Below, piece after piece: positions 48,731 to 62,601 of a stretch of 64,000 nucleotides of DNA. Below the pieces are notes generated by a model that was not told the DNA's origin, made no database searches, and was given only the letters and a program-made list of their open reading frames with translations. Source of the stretch: Armatimonadota bacterium (GTDB taxonomy: Bacteria > Armatimonadota > HRBIN16). The position numbers were made by a program, and so were the translations under genes. The stretch is from the NCBI GenBank assembly GCA_963677485.1, contig OY781964.1, positions 2,944,001 through 3,008,000 of the forward strand. Reading direction: 5' to 3'. The first letter of the stretch is position 1, and each line of letters begins with the position of its first letter.

Positions 48731-49843
48731 TTACAGCCCGTGCTGCTGCCGGTAGAGAACACGCAGCGCATCCAGGCTGACCCGCCTGCCGTCGCGAACC
48801 ACAAACCAGAGGGGGAACCCGTTCAGGCGCGGTGCTGATGTTTGGTTGACGTATGCCGCCGCTTTGTGGATATCCAATACCATATCGCCGAAATCTAGTG
48901 TGGCTTGGTGCGTCAGTGTGGCCCGGAGATCGCGATCTTCAAAGAAAACACCTTCACCTTCGACCAGCAGTCCCGAAACCAATAACTTCTGCATACTCAC
49001 GGGAACCGGCTTGATGTCGTAGGTCGCTTTAGCGACATCATCGAGCTGCTCCACCACCGCATCGACACGCCGCTGACCATATTCGCAGTAGAGCGGGCTG
49101 CTGTCTATCGCGATATACCGCCGACACAACCGTTTGGCCACCGCCGCGGTGGTCATGGTGCCGCCGAACGGGTCCAGCACAAGATCGCCAATTCGGCTAG
49201 AAATGGCGATGACGCGGGTGAGCAGATCCTCGGGTTTCTGGGTGGTGTGCAGCTTATGCCCTTGAGTATCCTTCAGGCGTTCCGTGTTTCGGCACACCGG
49301 AATGCGCCAGACCGAACCCATCTGCTTTCGGATACCGCGCCCATGCTCATCTGAGGTCACGGTGTCGGTGTTGAGGTGTTTTCCAGTGTGGTAGTTGAAG
49401 GTGACTTTCGACTTCTCGCTCTTACCTGCCCAGATCAAGGTTTCGTGGCTGTTGGTCAGCCTTGAGCCGAGGAAGTTCGGGGTGGGATTCGTCTTTTGCC
49501 AGACGACATCGTTGATGATCCAAAACCCCAGCCGCTGCATGATGGCGCCGATGGAGTATATGCACTGCATACCGCCGATTACCCAGAGGGACCCATCTGG
49601 ATGCAGTATCCGCCGGCACTCCGTGAGCCATGCCTCGGTGAATCGCTCGTAATCGGCCAGGTCGGTAAATTGGTTGTCCCAGGCATCGTCGCAACCGTCA
49701 AACGCGCCACCTTTGACGCGGTGCAGGGTGCCCTCAACGCGCATCCAGTACGGCGGATCGGCGAAGATCAAGGCCACGCTGTTGTCCTCTATGGCCTTCA
49801 TCGCCGTGAGGGTGTCCTGGCAGATGATCTGGTTGACTAGCAA
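48731..49843 (-). CDS. Beta-class N6-adenine DNA methyltransferase, CcrM/M.HinfI-like
   Basis: IFADPPY, NDVVWQKTNPTPNFLGSRLTNSHETLIWA, HTTQKPE, VLDPFGG, C-terminal NGFPLWFV. Confidence 0.9.
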   Translation of the reverse strand: MLVNQIICQDTLTAMKAIEDNSVALIFADPPYWMRVEGTLHRVKGGAFDGCDDAWDNQFTDLADYERFTEAWLTECRRILHPDGSLWVIGGMQCIYSIGAIMQRLGFWIINDVVWQKTNPTPNFLGSRLTNSHETLIWAGKSEKSKVTFNYHTGKHLNTDTVTSDEHGRGIRKQMGSVWRIPVCRNTERLKDTQGHKLHTTQKPEDLLTRVIAISSRIGDLVLDPFGGTMTTAAVAKRLCRRYIAIDSSPLYCEYGQRRVDAVVEQLDDVAKATYDIKPVPVSMQKLLVSGLLVEGEGVFFEDRDLRATLTHQATLDFGDMVLDIHKAAAYVNQTSAPRLNGFPLWFVVRDGRRVSLDALRVLYRQQHGL

Positions 49844-49861
49844 AGAGGCTGTATCCTCACG

Positions 49862-50623
49862 CTATTTTGCCGCACTAAACTTGCGGGCTGCTTCGGGGTC
49901 GATGTCGCCTGTGATTGTCATCTGAGCTTTGCCGCAGACGATGCTCGCGATGCTGATAGGGGCGCCCATCTGCTTTAAGTCCAGCAGTGGCCGGTTGAGG
50001 AACTGACCCATGATGGCATTCTTCACCGATTCAGGCAGGTTGAAGCCCAGGGCGTGGACCTCTGCTGCCCGGATCCAGACGGTGCCATCGGGACGGAGAT
50101 CGGGCACACCGATCACTTTGGCACTCAGCCGGGTGATTGGCGTCACGGCTACCAGCGATATGGTGACCCCGTCTGGTGCAACGGTAAGGTTGATATCCTC
50201 CAGCCGTTTGACCACCCTGTTCCACGGGCTGCCGATTTCGGGCAGGTGCTTCAGAACATAGGCTTCAATGTTCTCCTGGCTGATATTCGCGGTGTAGGTT
50301 CCCTTGGCGAACAGGATGCCTTCCGGGGTCTGTGAGACGTCCTGCACGGTGGCGTCCAGCCAGTCCACAATGAGCCCGGGGCGAATCTCTACTGCTTCAC
50401 CTTGAATATGTGCCGATTGTGCCTTCATCTTTAACACTCCCATGTCTAGTCCCAAACGGACGCGGTAGCTCTTGGCTGGTGCCAGCATCACTTGAAGTCT
50501 TTGTTCGGCTTTGTTCTCGATTTTTCGCACTGGGTTGCAACCGGCCAGGCTGACGCAGACCGCCGTGATGGCAACCGACAATGCCGAAAACTTAAAATTG
50601 TGGAGGATATGCTTAGGTTTCAT
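49862..50623 (-). CDS. DUF2993/LmeA-like lipoprotein
   Basis: Lipobox LAGC; beta-rich body ending NRPLLDL...MTITG. Confidence 0.6.
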   Translation of the reverse strand: MKPKHILHNFKFSALSVAITAVCVSLAGCNPVRKIENKAEQRLQVMLAPAKSYRVRLGLDMGVLKMKAQSAHIQGEAVEIRPGLIVDWLDATVQDVSQTPEGILFAKGTYTANISQENIEAYVLKHLPEIGSPWNRVVKRLEDINLTVAPDGVTISLVAVTPITRLSAKVIGVPDLRPDGTVWIRAAEVHALGFNLPESVKNAIMGQFLNRPLLDLKQMGAPISIASIVCGKAQMTITGDIDPEAARKFSAAK

Positions 50624-50738
50624 ACTATATATATTATGACATTACTTTGCCGTGTGCTTCATTTTCCAAGCTGAAAGCGTAAGGTCGCCATGGTCTCGCA
50701 AACTCGGTATAATCACGATATGTCTGTAGATAACTTGC

Positions 50739-50906
50739 TTGGCTATGTCCGGGGCGGTCTGGCGGTACGCTTGAAATGACCGCTGTCTATAGACCGCGCC
50801 GGTCTTGTTCCCGACACCCATCTTTCGTGGCTATCCGCCAGACCGGCGCGGTCTCGAGCCTTCTGCAGCCGCTAGCCTACGCACAGACCGCCCCGGACAT
50901 AGGCAA
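50739..50906. mobile_element. Second full 168-bp MITE/REPIN-like element
   Basis: Same TIRs, inner inverted repeats and length as 31907-32074. Confidence 0.85.
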
Positions 50907-50989
50907 TAGAAGGGTACGGATCAGTTACAGCATGAGCTGCCGTGCCAGCACGGGCGAGTTTTTGTGTCTAGCCGTATAGGAGGCCTTCT

Positions 50990-51559
50990 TTGCTCGATAA
51001 ATCTGTTCCGTATTACCGCGTGATTCTACGCCGTGATCCCGGCACACCTCTTCCCGAAGTGGAGGTGCCTGAGGGTTACACCATTGTGGGCTATCAACCT
51101 GGTGACGAGGTTGCCTGGGGGGAGATCGAAAGCTCAGTGCTGGAATTCGAAACTCCGCAAGCCGCGACGGAGTATTTCCTGCGTGACTATGTGCCGTATG
51201 ATACCGAGGTCAAACGGCGTACATTGTTTGCGCAAGATGCATCCGGCAGGAAGGTGGGCACCTTCACCGCATGGTGGAACTACACCGGCTCAAGGCGGGT
51301 GCCGTTCATGCACTGGGTGGCTGTGATGCCAGAACACCAGGGGAGGGGCGTTGGCAAGGCTCTGGTGGCCGCTGGTGTTCGGTTGATGGTGGAGATCGAA
51401 GGAGACTGTGAGATGTTTTTGCACACGCAGACCTGGAGTCACAAGGCGATACGCATCTACCGCTGGGCTGGTTTTGAACTGGACACACAGAATGAAGCAC
51501 CCGGTGGATACCGCAATGAGACCCAGCAGGCCTTGCCGATACTTGAGGGATTGATATAA
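50990..51559 (+). CDS. GNAT N-acetyltransferase
   Basis: HWVAVMPEHQGRGVGKAL, LHTQ...AIRIYRWAGF. Confidence 0.92.
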   Translation: MLDKSVPYYRVILRRDPGTPLPEVEVPEGYTIVGYQPGDEVAWGEIESSVLEFETPQAATEYFLRDYVPYDTEVKRRTLFAQDASGRKVGTFTAWWNYTGSRRVPFMHWVAVMPEHQGRGVGKALVAAGVRLMVEIEGDCEMFLHTQTWSHKAIRIYRWAGFELDTQNEAPGGYRNETQQALPILEGLI

Positions 51560-51563
51560 CGCA

Positions 51564-51603
51564 TAAAAAAGGCCCGGCATCACAGGGAGGTTGATGCCGG
51601 GCT
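51564..51603. terminator. Terminator between convergent genes
   Basis: A-tract plus CCCGGCATC...GATGCCGGG hairpin (U-tract on the minus strand). Confidence 0.75.
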
Positions 51604-51614
51604 AGTGGGAGAGG

Positions 51615-52742
51615 TCAGTTGCTTCCTTGGGCTCCAAACGCGGTGTCAATCTGCACATAATCAAACAGATTGACGTACCCATCCATGTTGATATCGCAAA
51701 GCGGGTCAGTGTTACCGAAGTGTTTGTCCAGCTCCACGAAGTCGAACAGGTTGATCTGATTATCCCCATTGGTATCTCCGCGAATCAGGGAGATGTTCAC
51801 GGAGCTACTTGCTGTTGGGTTGATCGTCATTTTGGCGGTCAGGCAGCCCGGGGCTTGCACCAGCATCTCTACGGGTGCTGAGATGGGGGTGCTGAAGGAG
51901 AAGTCGCCCTGGTCATCAATAGTGACCGGTATTGTCTGCAGAGCTGTGTGGCTGACAGGGTCGCGCAGCACCGCCTGCATGTTCCTGACGCCAGCTCCAT
52001 AGGGCTTCTGAATGGCTGATATGGATATCTGCCCGCTATAGTTCACGTCGGCATCGTGAACGATGCTGATAGCGTCGACCTCAGGCGAATAACCCGCGAC
52101 GTTCAACGCCGGGGTAATGCGCACAAAGTCCACGTGATCAAGAACGACCGGCTGGCCGTTGGAGTCAACTGCCCAGTCGAGGTTGATGGCATCTCCACCA
52201 GCGGAACCGGGAGTGATTCCGTTGGTAAAGGGGTCACTTGGAATCCGAGGGTTGCCAGTGCCATCGGTCGGGGTGCAGTCGGCGTATCCCCAGATCGGAT
52301 TCTTCGTTCGGTCGATGGCTCCATAACTGTAAGTCGGATTCGAAGAACCTTTAATGCGATAGAACAGATCGCTGGCATCATATCCGTTACCATTCACATC
52401 AACTCCGACTTCAATAGTGCCAGGCTCCTGAAAGACATAGTTTACACTGCCGCCTTGATACATCGCATTTCCGAACACGATCAAGTCATACCCAGTGCCG
52501 TTTGGTATCTTTCTGTCAAAGCCCAGCGTCAACTGCCCACCGATTCCGATACTCACAACATCCGTGATTTCAGGCACCGATGGAGTGGCAACTATGGATG
52601 GAGCACCCAACGCCGTGGCAGAAATGATCCGTGCCGGGCTAGCCCCCTGTGTATAGGAGATGACGCGGGTGGCAAAGTCGGAACTCCAGCAATAACAACT
52701 GGTTCCCAAGAGAAGCATTATTACCGCTGTTGTGAGTTTCAT
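51615..52742 (-). CDS. Secreted BtuH-like domain protein with C-terminal dockerin-like EF-hand pair
   Basis: VSIGIGGQLTLGFD, GYDLIVFGNA, EPG, DVNGNG, GYAD, GDAINLDWAVDSNGQPV...VDFVRI; GDTNGDNQINLFDF and DINMDGYVNLFDY. Confidence 0.7.
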   Translation of the reverse strand: MKLTTAVIMLLLGTSCYCWSSDFATRVISYTQGASPARIISATALGAPSIVATPSVPEITDVVSIGIGGQLTLGFDRKIPNGTGYDLIVFGNAMYQGGSVNYVFQEPGTIEVGVDVNGNGYDASDLFYRIKGSSNPTYSYGAIDRTKNPIWGYADCTPTDGTGNPRIPSDPFTNGITPGSAGGDAINLDWAVDSNGQPVVLDHVDFVRITPALNVAGYSPEVDAISIVHDADVNYSGQISISAIQKPYGAGVRNMQAVLRDPVSHTALQTIPVTIDDQGDFSFSTPISAPVEMLVQAPGCLTAKMTINPTASSSVNISLIRGDTNGDNQINLFDFVELDKHFGNTDPLCDINMDGYVNLFDYVQIDTAFGAQGSN

Positions 52743-52754
52743 TATCTTCGTTCC

Positions 52755-53738
52755 TTATATTCGGCTTTTGCGTTTTCGCGCAATCAAGCCGGTCATCCCC
52801 ATGGCAAGAAGAACCAGGGAGGCAGGTTCTGGCACGGGGCTGGCTTGCACGATGCTGCCGGCTGAGGTGTAGGTGCCGTTGATGAGGATTGATCCATCTC
52901 GCGCGTCCGTCAGGCCGTAACCATAGTCATAAGAAGCATCAAATAGACCCCATCGCGTAACGGAACCATTCGCGTACCGGGATACGGTGCTTCCTGTCGT
53001 GGCCAGAAGACTGCCGTCTGATAACCATAGGATACTGGAACAACCCGAACCTTCTCCATTGAGCAACGAAATGGTGTCCACCAAGGAGCCCGTATTGCTC
53101 AGCTTTAAGATATTGCCTGCATTACCGGCGAAGTTGGGGTCGTTGGTATCTCCAACGAAGATGTTTCCTAGATTATCGAGTGCGATTCCGCCAAGATACC
53201 CTGTGCCAAGACCGGTGGCTATTGCCGTGACGTTGCCGTTGTTCACCAGGCTTACCCCACCTGCACCAGGTGCGGAGGCATCGACCACATAGTATGATCC
53301 ATTCCCTGCATAGGCGATCTGTGCAGGTGAGGCCAATGCGTTCATGCTGGTGAGCGCGTTCAGTGTACTGGTGTTAAGTGAGTAGCTCCAAGCCGCGTTG
53401 GTATCGGAGTTTTCGGTGAAAGCCAGTGTGTTATCGTCGGCCCAGGTCAGTCCACCGAATGTACCAAAAGTCTGTCCCGACGGCGCGGCGATACGGGCAA
53501 CCTCAGTTCGTCCGCTGCCTACTTTGTCGTAAATGACTATAGTGCCGCCACCAGCGTAACTATCCTGTGCAAGGGCAAAAAGACCGCTTTGACTAACGGC
53601 CATTTCGGCACCCGTGATCCCAAGGTTGTTGATGGACCATCCTGGTGCGTTAAATCCCGCGGAAGATTGCGAGGGGAGTGATAGGGTAGACAGGGTCACC
53701 ATAGCCAGTATGGCCATGCCCAGTTTGCGGATCATCAT
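52755..53738 (-). CDS. PEP-CTERM protein, probable beta-propeller
   Basis: Signal peptide; blade-like repeats (GGIALDNLGNIFVGD); VPEPASLVLLAMGMTGLIARKRK tail. Confidence 0.9.
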   Translation of the reverse strand: MMIRKLGMAILAMVTLSTLSLPSQSSAGFNAPGWSINNLGITGAEMAVSQSGLFALAQDSYAGGGTIVIYDKVGSGRTEVARIAAPSGQTFGTFGGLTWADDNTLAFTENSDTNAAWSYSLNTSTLNALTSMNALASPAQIAYAGNGSYYVVDASAPGAGGVSLVNNGNVTAIATGLGTGYLGGIALDNLGNIFVGDTNDPNFAGNAGNILKLSNTGSLVDTISLLNGEGSGCSSILWLSDGSLLATTGSTVSRYANGSVTRWGLFDASYDYGYGLTDARDGSILINGTYTSAGSIVQASPVPEPASLVLLAMGMTGLIARKRKSRI

Positions 53739-53812
53739 TCTGAAAGCTCTCCTAATAAGTGAGTAGATTTATACTTCGCTATCAGGCAGAGGGAGTGAAG
53801 GTGCCATAAAAC

Positions 53813-53843
53813 AAAAAATCCTGTCCTTTATTTGGACAGGGTG
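53813..53843 (-). terminator. Leader terminator (riboswitch expression platform)
   Basis: Minus strand CCTGTCC-aaatataa-GGACAGG-ATTTTTTG between aptamer and start codon. Confidence 0.75.
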
Positions 53844-53896
53844 TGTATGGTGATACCTATAACCACACCCCTTTGCGCGAAGGGTTGATACTTGCT

Positions 53897-54013
53897 AACC
53901 TTAGGCTGGCGTTCGGACTTATCCGCACTAAGCGGCTTACCGTAGCGGCACTGCACCGGAATCTCACCGGATTTCCCCTACTGTCTCGTATGATAGAGAC
54001 AGACCTAAGGCTA
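53897..54013 (-). ncRNA. Cobalamin riboswitch
   Basis: Minus strand CCTTAGGT...AGGGGAAATCCGGTGAGATTCCGGTGCAGTGCCGCTACGGTAA...AAGTCCGAACGCCAGCCTAAGG (P1 closure, T-loop, B12 box). Confidence 0.9.
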
Positions 54014-54223
54014 TTCATATTCAGTTGTCAATTAAGTTTATCCAAGCTGTGAGCTGATGTCAAACCAATATGGCCATATTTCATGGTAGTCTCGTGTGGT
54101 ATATCCGTAGCGCCAAACGGGGTATTTGCCCTCTATCATGCCTGTTTTGGTTAAGGAAACGAAGGACGAGAGGCTGTGTCTGATGAATTTCGCCCAATTT
54201 CCAAAATTCGCATAAAGTGGGGC

Positions 54224-54252
54224 TTGACACGGGCATTTCTACATGGTATGAT
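54224..54252 (+). promoter_or_regulatory. rrn promoter
   Basis: TTGACA-17 nt-TATGAT with TG extension; boxA-like CCTTGAAAACT at about 54300. Confidence 0.85.
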
Positions 54253-54425
54253 TATCTTTGCCGGAGCGAAACGGGGTAAGCCCCTCGAGCCGGTTGGGAC
54301 CTTGAAAACTAGGTGAAGCAGCGAACCAAACGTCAGTTGAAAGACTGACAAGAATGGTAATTCGGTTTTGAAGCTAATCGATCCACTAAAGTTGGAACTT
54401 AGCCCTGTAAAGGGATTAAGGATAT

Positions 54426-55977
<1,552 letters not shown>

Positions 55978-56085
55978 GGAAGCGCCCCACTCTTCGGAGT
56001 GGTGAGCATCTCTCAGGTCGTCCGAGTTATTATTCTTTAGTTTTGGTTTAACAAGTTTCACCTAGTCTCCGCGGTCTCGCGGCGT

Positions 56086-56162
<77 letters not shown>

Positions 56163-56171
56163 CCCAAGTTT

Positions 56172-56247
56172 GGGGGATTAGCTCAGTTGGGAGAGCACCT
56201 GCTTTGCAAGCAGGGGGTCAGCGGTTCGAGCCCGCTATCCTCCACCA
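56172..56247 (+). tRNA. tRNA-Ala (TGC)
   Basis: CCTGC-TTTGCAA-GCAGG; G3:U70; CCA end. Confidence 0.97.
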
Positions 56248-56547
56248 AGATTTAGGTTTTGGTAGGTGGGTGGCAGGTAAGAAGAAATGCCGGGTTGCAA
56301 TCCGGCAAAGTTGTCACGAAAGTGGCGAGACGCACATTGAAAATCGCATAGGGTAGACATGGCATCTTTAAGTTAAGAAGCTATGGTTTAGGATGAATAA
56401 TCCAAAAATCAAAGCTAATTACTTGAAGCTACACATTTCACAAAACAAACAAGACAGTCACAGAAGGAAACTTCTGTAATGAATTCTATAGATGGTGGCA
56501 CATTGCAGTAATGTAGTGTGTTGCGCCTCTAAGGTATCGAAGCTCAT

Positions 56548-59478
<2,931 letters not shown>

Positions 59479-59573
59479 ATGAGCCCGATACTTTAAGGGC
59501 GCACACCGCCTATAGATAAGTTGTGTGAAATGCGGCCATGTCTACCCGATGCGATCTAATCGCGTCAAGGCTC

Positions 59574-59691
59574 TCCTGGTGATCACGGCGGAGGGGATAC
59601 ACTCGTTCCCATACCGAACACGACCGTTAAGCCCTCCAGCGCCGAAAGTACTTGGGGCGCAAGCCTCCGGGAGGATAGGACATCGCCAGGG
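59574..59691 (+). rRNA. rrf: 5S rRNA
   Basis: CCTGGTGAT...CCCATACCGAAC...ATCGCCAGG. Confidence 0.97.
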
Positions 59692-59701
59692 GTTTTCTTA
59701 C

Positions 59702-59742
59702 ACACCCCCCGCAGCATCCGCTGCGGGGGGTGTTTGCTTTTT
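59702..59742 (+). terminator. rrn terminator
   Basis: ACACCCCCCGCAGC-atcc-GCTGCGGGGGGTGT followed by a T-rich tail. Confidence 0.9.
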
Positions 59743-59855
59743 AGAGGAGACAGGAGGCAGGAGGAGAGGAGACAGGAGTCGGGAGGGGACGGAACCTCCG
59801 CGCCGGTTTTCCCTAACCGGGGCGGTGTCGTTCCGTGATCTTCAATTCAGAATGC

Positions 59856-59967
59856 GGGATGACCCTTGTGGTCATCCGCAAGCCTGCGATCGCTACAGAT
59901 ATGCATCGCAGGCGGGGTTACCGGCTGATGCCCACCAAGGTGTTCGGATGACCACAAGGGTCATCCA
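59856..59967. repeat. Inverted REP doublet
   Basis: GGATGACCCTTGTGGTCATCC ... GGATGACCACAAGGGTCATCC; same CCTTGTGG core as 22389-22470. Confidence 0.8.
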
Positions 59968-60027
59968 CTAATCCGGTGTCATATGATTAAATCGACACGG
60001 GTGCCTGCATCCTACACTGGCCTTCCT

Positions 60028-62154
60028 CTACCCTTCCTCGGCTTCCATGATAATGAACTCGCCATGGGTAAACATAGGCGCACCCAGCTCCAGCGAGTCG
60101 GAGTCAGGCTGGGAGCCGCCGACGAACACATCAATGGTATCGGCCTCAAGGAACCGCTCGCCGGTTTCATCCACCAGGGTCAGGCCCATGATAGGTGCAA
60201 ACAGCTTCACCTTCTCCTTTTCGCCTGGTTTGAGGTGAACACGGCCCATAGCCACAAGCTGCCTTCGGGGGCAGTCGACTGAGCTGAAGCGGTGCATGAT
60301 ATACATCTGCACCACTTCATCACCTGGGAGGTCACCAGTGTTAGTCACCGTGACAGTAGCGGACAAGCCAGCCTCGCTCTCCTCGAGAACCAGATCACTG
60401 TAGCTGAAGCTGGTGTAGCTCAAACCAAATCCGAACGGCCACTGGGGCGTACCGCGGAAATAGCGATAGGTGCGGTTCGCCATTGAGTAGTCCGAAAAGT
60501 CCGGCAGTTGCCCGGTGCTGGCGTAGAAGGTGACAGGTAGCCGACCGCTGGGGTTGGCCTTGCCGAAAATCACTTCTGCAATTGCCCGCCCGCCCATAGC
60601 ACCAGGATAGAAGCATTGCAAAACAGCTGATGCATCGGGGATACACTCAGGAAGCGCGACGGCACTTCCGCTGATGTTGACCACGACCACCGTTTTACCG
60701 ATTTCTACCAATTGCTTGAGCAGCTCCGATTGGCATGACGGCAGCTCGATGCACTCACGGTCGCCATTCGCGTCCGATCCGGCGGCATCACCCTCTTCGC
60801 CCTCCATGCTAGGGTTCAAACCGCAGGCGAATATGATGACATCGGAAGCTTTCGCAGTCTCCAGTGCGGCCTGCATCATTGCTGCGTCAGCCTCACCTGC
60901 ATGGGCGCATCCCGATGAGTGAAGCACCTTACTACTTTCAGCGAGCTGCATGATGCCTTCCAGAAGATTGACTGTCAGTGACGGCGTGCCATTGTAATTG
61001 CCCAGCAGAACCGTGTTGTCAGTGGCATTTGGCCCGATCACCGCGATGGTTTGCGGGCCGCTCTGTAGTGGAAGGGCGTGGTCGGTGTTCTTCAAAAGAA
61101 CAATGCTCTGTCGGGCCGCCTGGAGGTTCAACTGAGTGTGTTCTTCACACTCCACCACATCTATGCTGATCTTGGTGTAGGGGTGTGTTTGAGGTTCATC
61201 AAACAGACCCAGCTTCAGACGGGTCGTCAACAGCCGCATCAAGGCTTTGTCAATGTCAGCTTCGGAGATCAAGCCCATGATCACCGCATCCTGCACAGTG
61301 CAGAACTGCTCACCGCAGCAAAGATCGCAGCCCGCTATGATGGACATCGCACTTGCTGTTGGGGCATCTGGAGCCAGCCCGTGGTCATGGAAAATGTCGT
61401 TGATCGCCCAGCAGTCGGAGACCACATGCCCCTCAAAACCCCACAGCTCCCTCAGGGTCTGCTGCAGCAACGTGGGGCTGGCGCAGCAGGCTTCGCCGTT
61501 CACTCGATTGTAGGCACCCATCACTGCTTCCACTTTGGCCTCTTGAACCAGTGCACGGAAAGCAGGCAGATAGGTCTCCTCAAGTTGCTTTGGGCTGACC
61601 TCGGCATTGAACCCATGCCTCAGCGACTCTGGTCCGCTGTGAACCGCGAAGTGCTTTGCACAGGCTGCCGCTTTCAGCATCTTGGGGTCGTCGCCCTGAA
61701 GCCCTTTCACGAAGGCGACCCCCAACAGCGCGGTGAGGGTGGGGCATTCGCCGTAGGTCTCCTGACCTCGGCCCCAGCGAGGGTCGCGGAAGATATTGAT
61801 GTTAGGGGTCCAGAAGGTGAGCCCTTTGTAGATGGAGCGGTCGTTCATCGCAGCGGCCGCATGATGTTTCGCGCGGCCTTCATCCGAAATAGCGGTCGCC
61901 ACCCTCTGCAGCAGCTCAGGATTGAACGTAGCTGCGAGTCCGATGGCCTGCGGGAAGACGGTGGCATATCCGGCGCGTGCCACGCCATGCAGGCACTCGT
62001 TCCACCAGTTGTAGGCGGGGACGCTAAGCCGCTCTATGGCGGGAGACTCGTGGCATAGCTGCGAGACCTTCTCCGCGCGTTGCATCTCATCGAGCAGTGC
62101 CTGCGCGCGCTGTGGAATGGGAAGCGTGGTATCGAGCCATGGGTGCAGTGCCAT
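60028..62154 (-). CDS. GH3 beta-xylosidase/beta-glucosidase
   Basis: WWNECLHGVARAG, RDPRWGRGQETYGE, KHFAVH, VVSDCWAI, Fn3-like tail. Confidence 0.96.
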   Translation of the reverse strand: MALHPWLDTTLPIPQRAQALLDEMQRAEKVSQLCHESPAIERLSVPAYNWWNECLHGVARAGYATVFPQAIGLAATFNPELLQRVATAISDEGRAKHHAAAAMNDRSIYKGLTFWTPNINIFRDPRWGRGQETYGECPTLTALLGVAFVKGLQGDDPKMLKAAACAKHFAVHSGPESLRHGFNAEVSPKQLEETYLPAFRALVQEAKVEAVMGAYNRVNGEACCASPTLLQQTLRELWGFEGHVVSDCWAINDIFHDHGLAPDAPTASAMSIIAGCDLCCGEQFCTVQDAVIMGLISEADIDKALMRLLTTRLKLGLFDEPQTHPYTKISIDVVECEEHTQLNLQAARQSIVLLKNTDHALPLQSGPQTIAVIGPNATDNTVLLGNYNGTPSLTVNLLEGIMQLAESSKVLHSSGCAHAGEADAAMMQAALETAKASDVIIFACGLNPSMEGEEGDAAGSDANGDRECIELPSCQSELLKQLVEIGKTVVVVNISGSAVALPECIPDASAVLQCFYPGAMGGRAIAEVIFGKANPSGRLPVTFYASTGQLPDFSDYSMANRTYRYFRGTPQWPFGFGLSYTSFSYSDLVLEESEAGLSATVTVTNTGDLPGDEVVQMYIMHRFSSVDCPRRQLVAMGRVHLKPGEKEKVKLFAPIMGLTLVDETGERFLEADTIDVFVGGSQPDSDSLELGAPMFTHGEFIIMEAEEG

Positions 62155-62601
62155 TTTGTGCCTCGCGAAGTTAGTTTACTATTGGTATTATACGAAACGG
62201 AGATCGCTTGGTATAGTTCGGCAGATATCCACTGATTTCGCAGAATGATAGCCGTTACGGGTTTTGTAATACGAGCATGTCTGGACGATGCACGTTGGTC
62301 ATACCTGTTGACAGATTTCGACGATCACCATTTAGTGACGACACACAACCAGTCTGTGCAGATCTGCGAAATCTGTGGATTAATGGTAAAGTGGTTTTGA
62401 TACAATAGGTGGCTAAAGTGCTAGCTTGTCGTCACTGTGTCAACACCTGTTTTGAGGATATACATGCGTCATTCGATTGCACTACAAGTCGCCGTAGTCA
62501 TCGCTGCCTTCTTCGGATGGATATACATCTGCGGCCACAGCTGTATGGCGGATGTATCGTCAAGTTCAGAGCAATCAATCGCAGATGGGGGTAAGCGCGT
62601 C

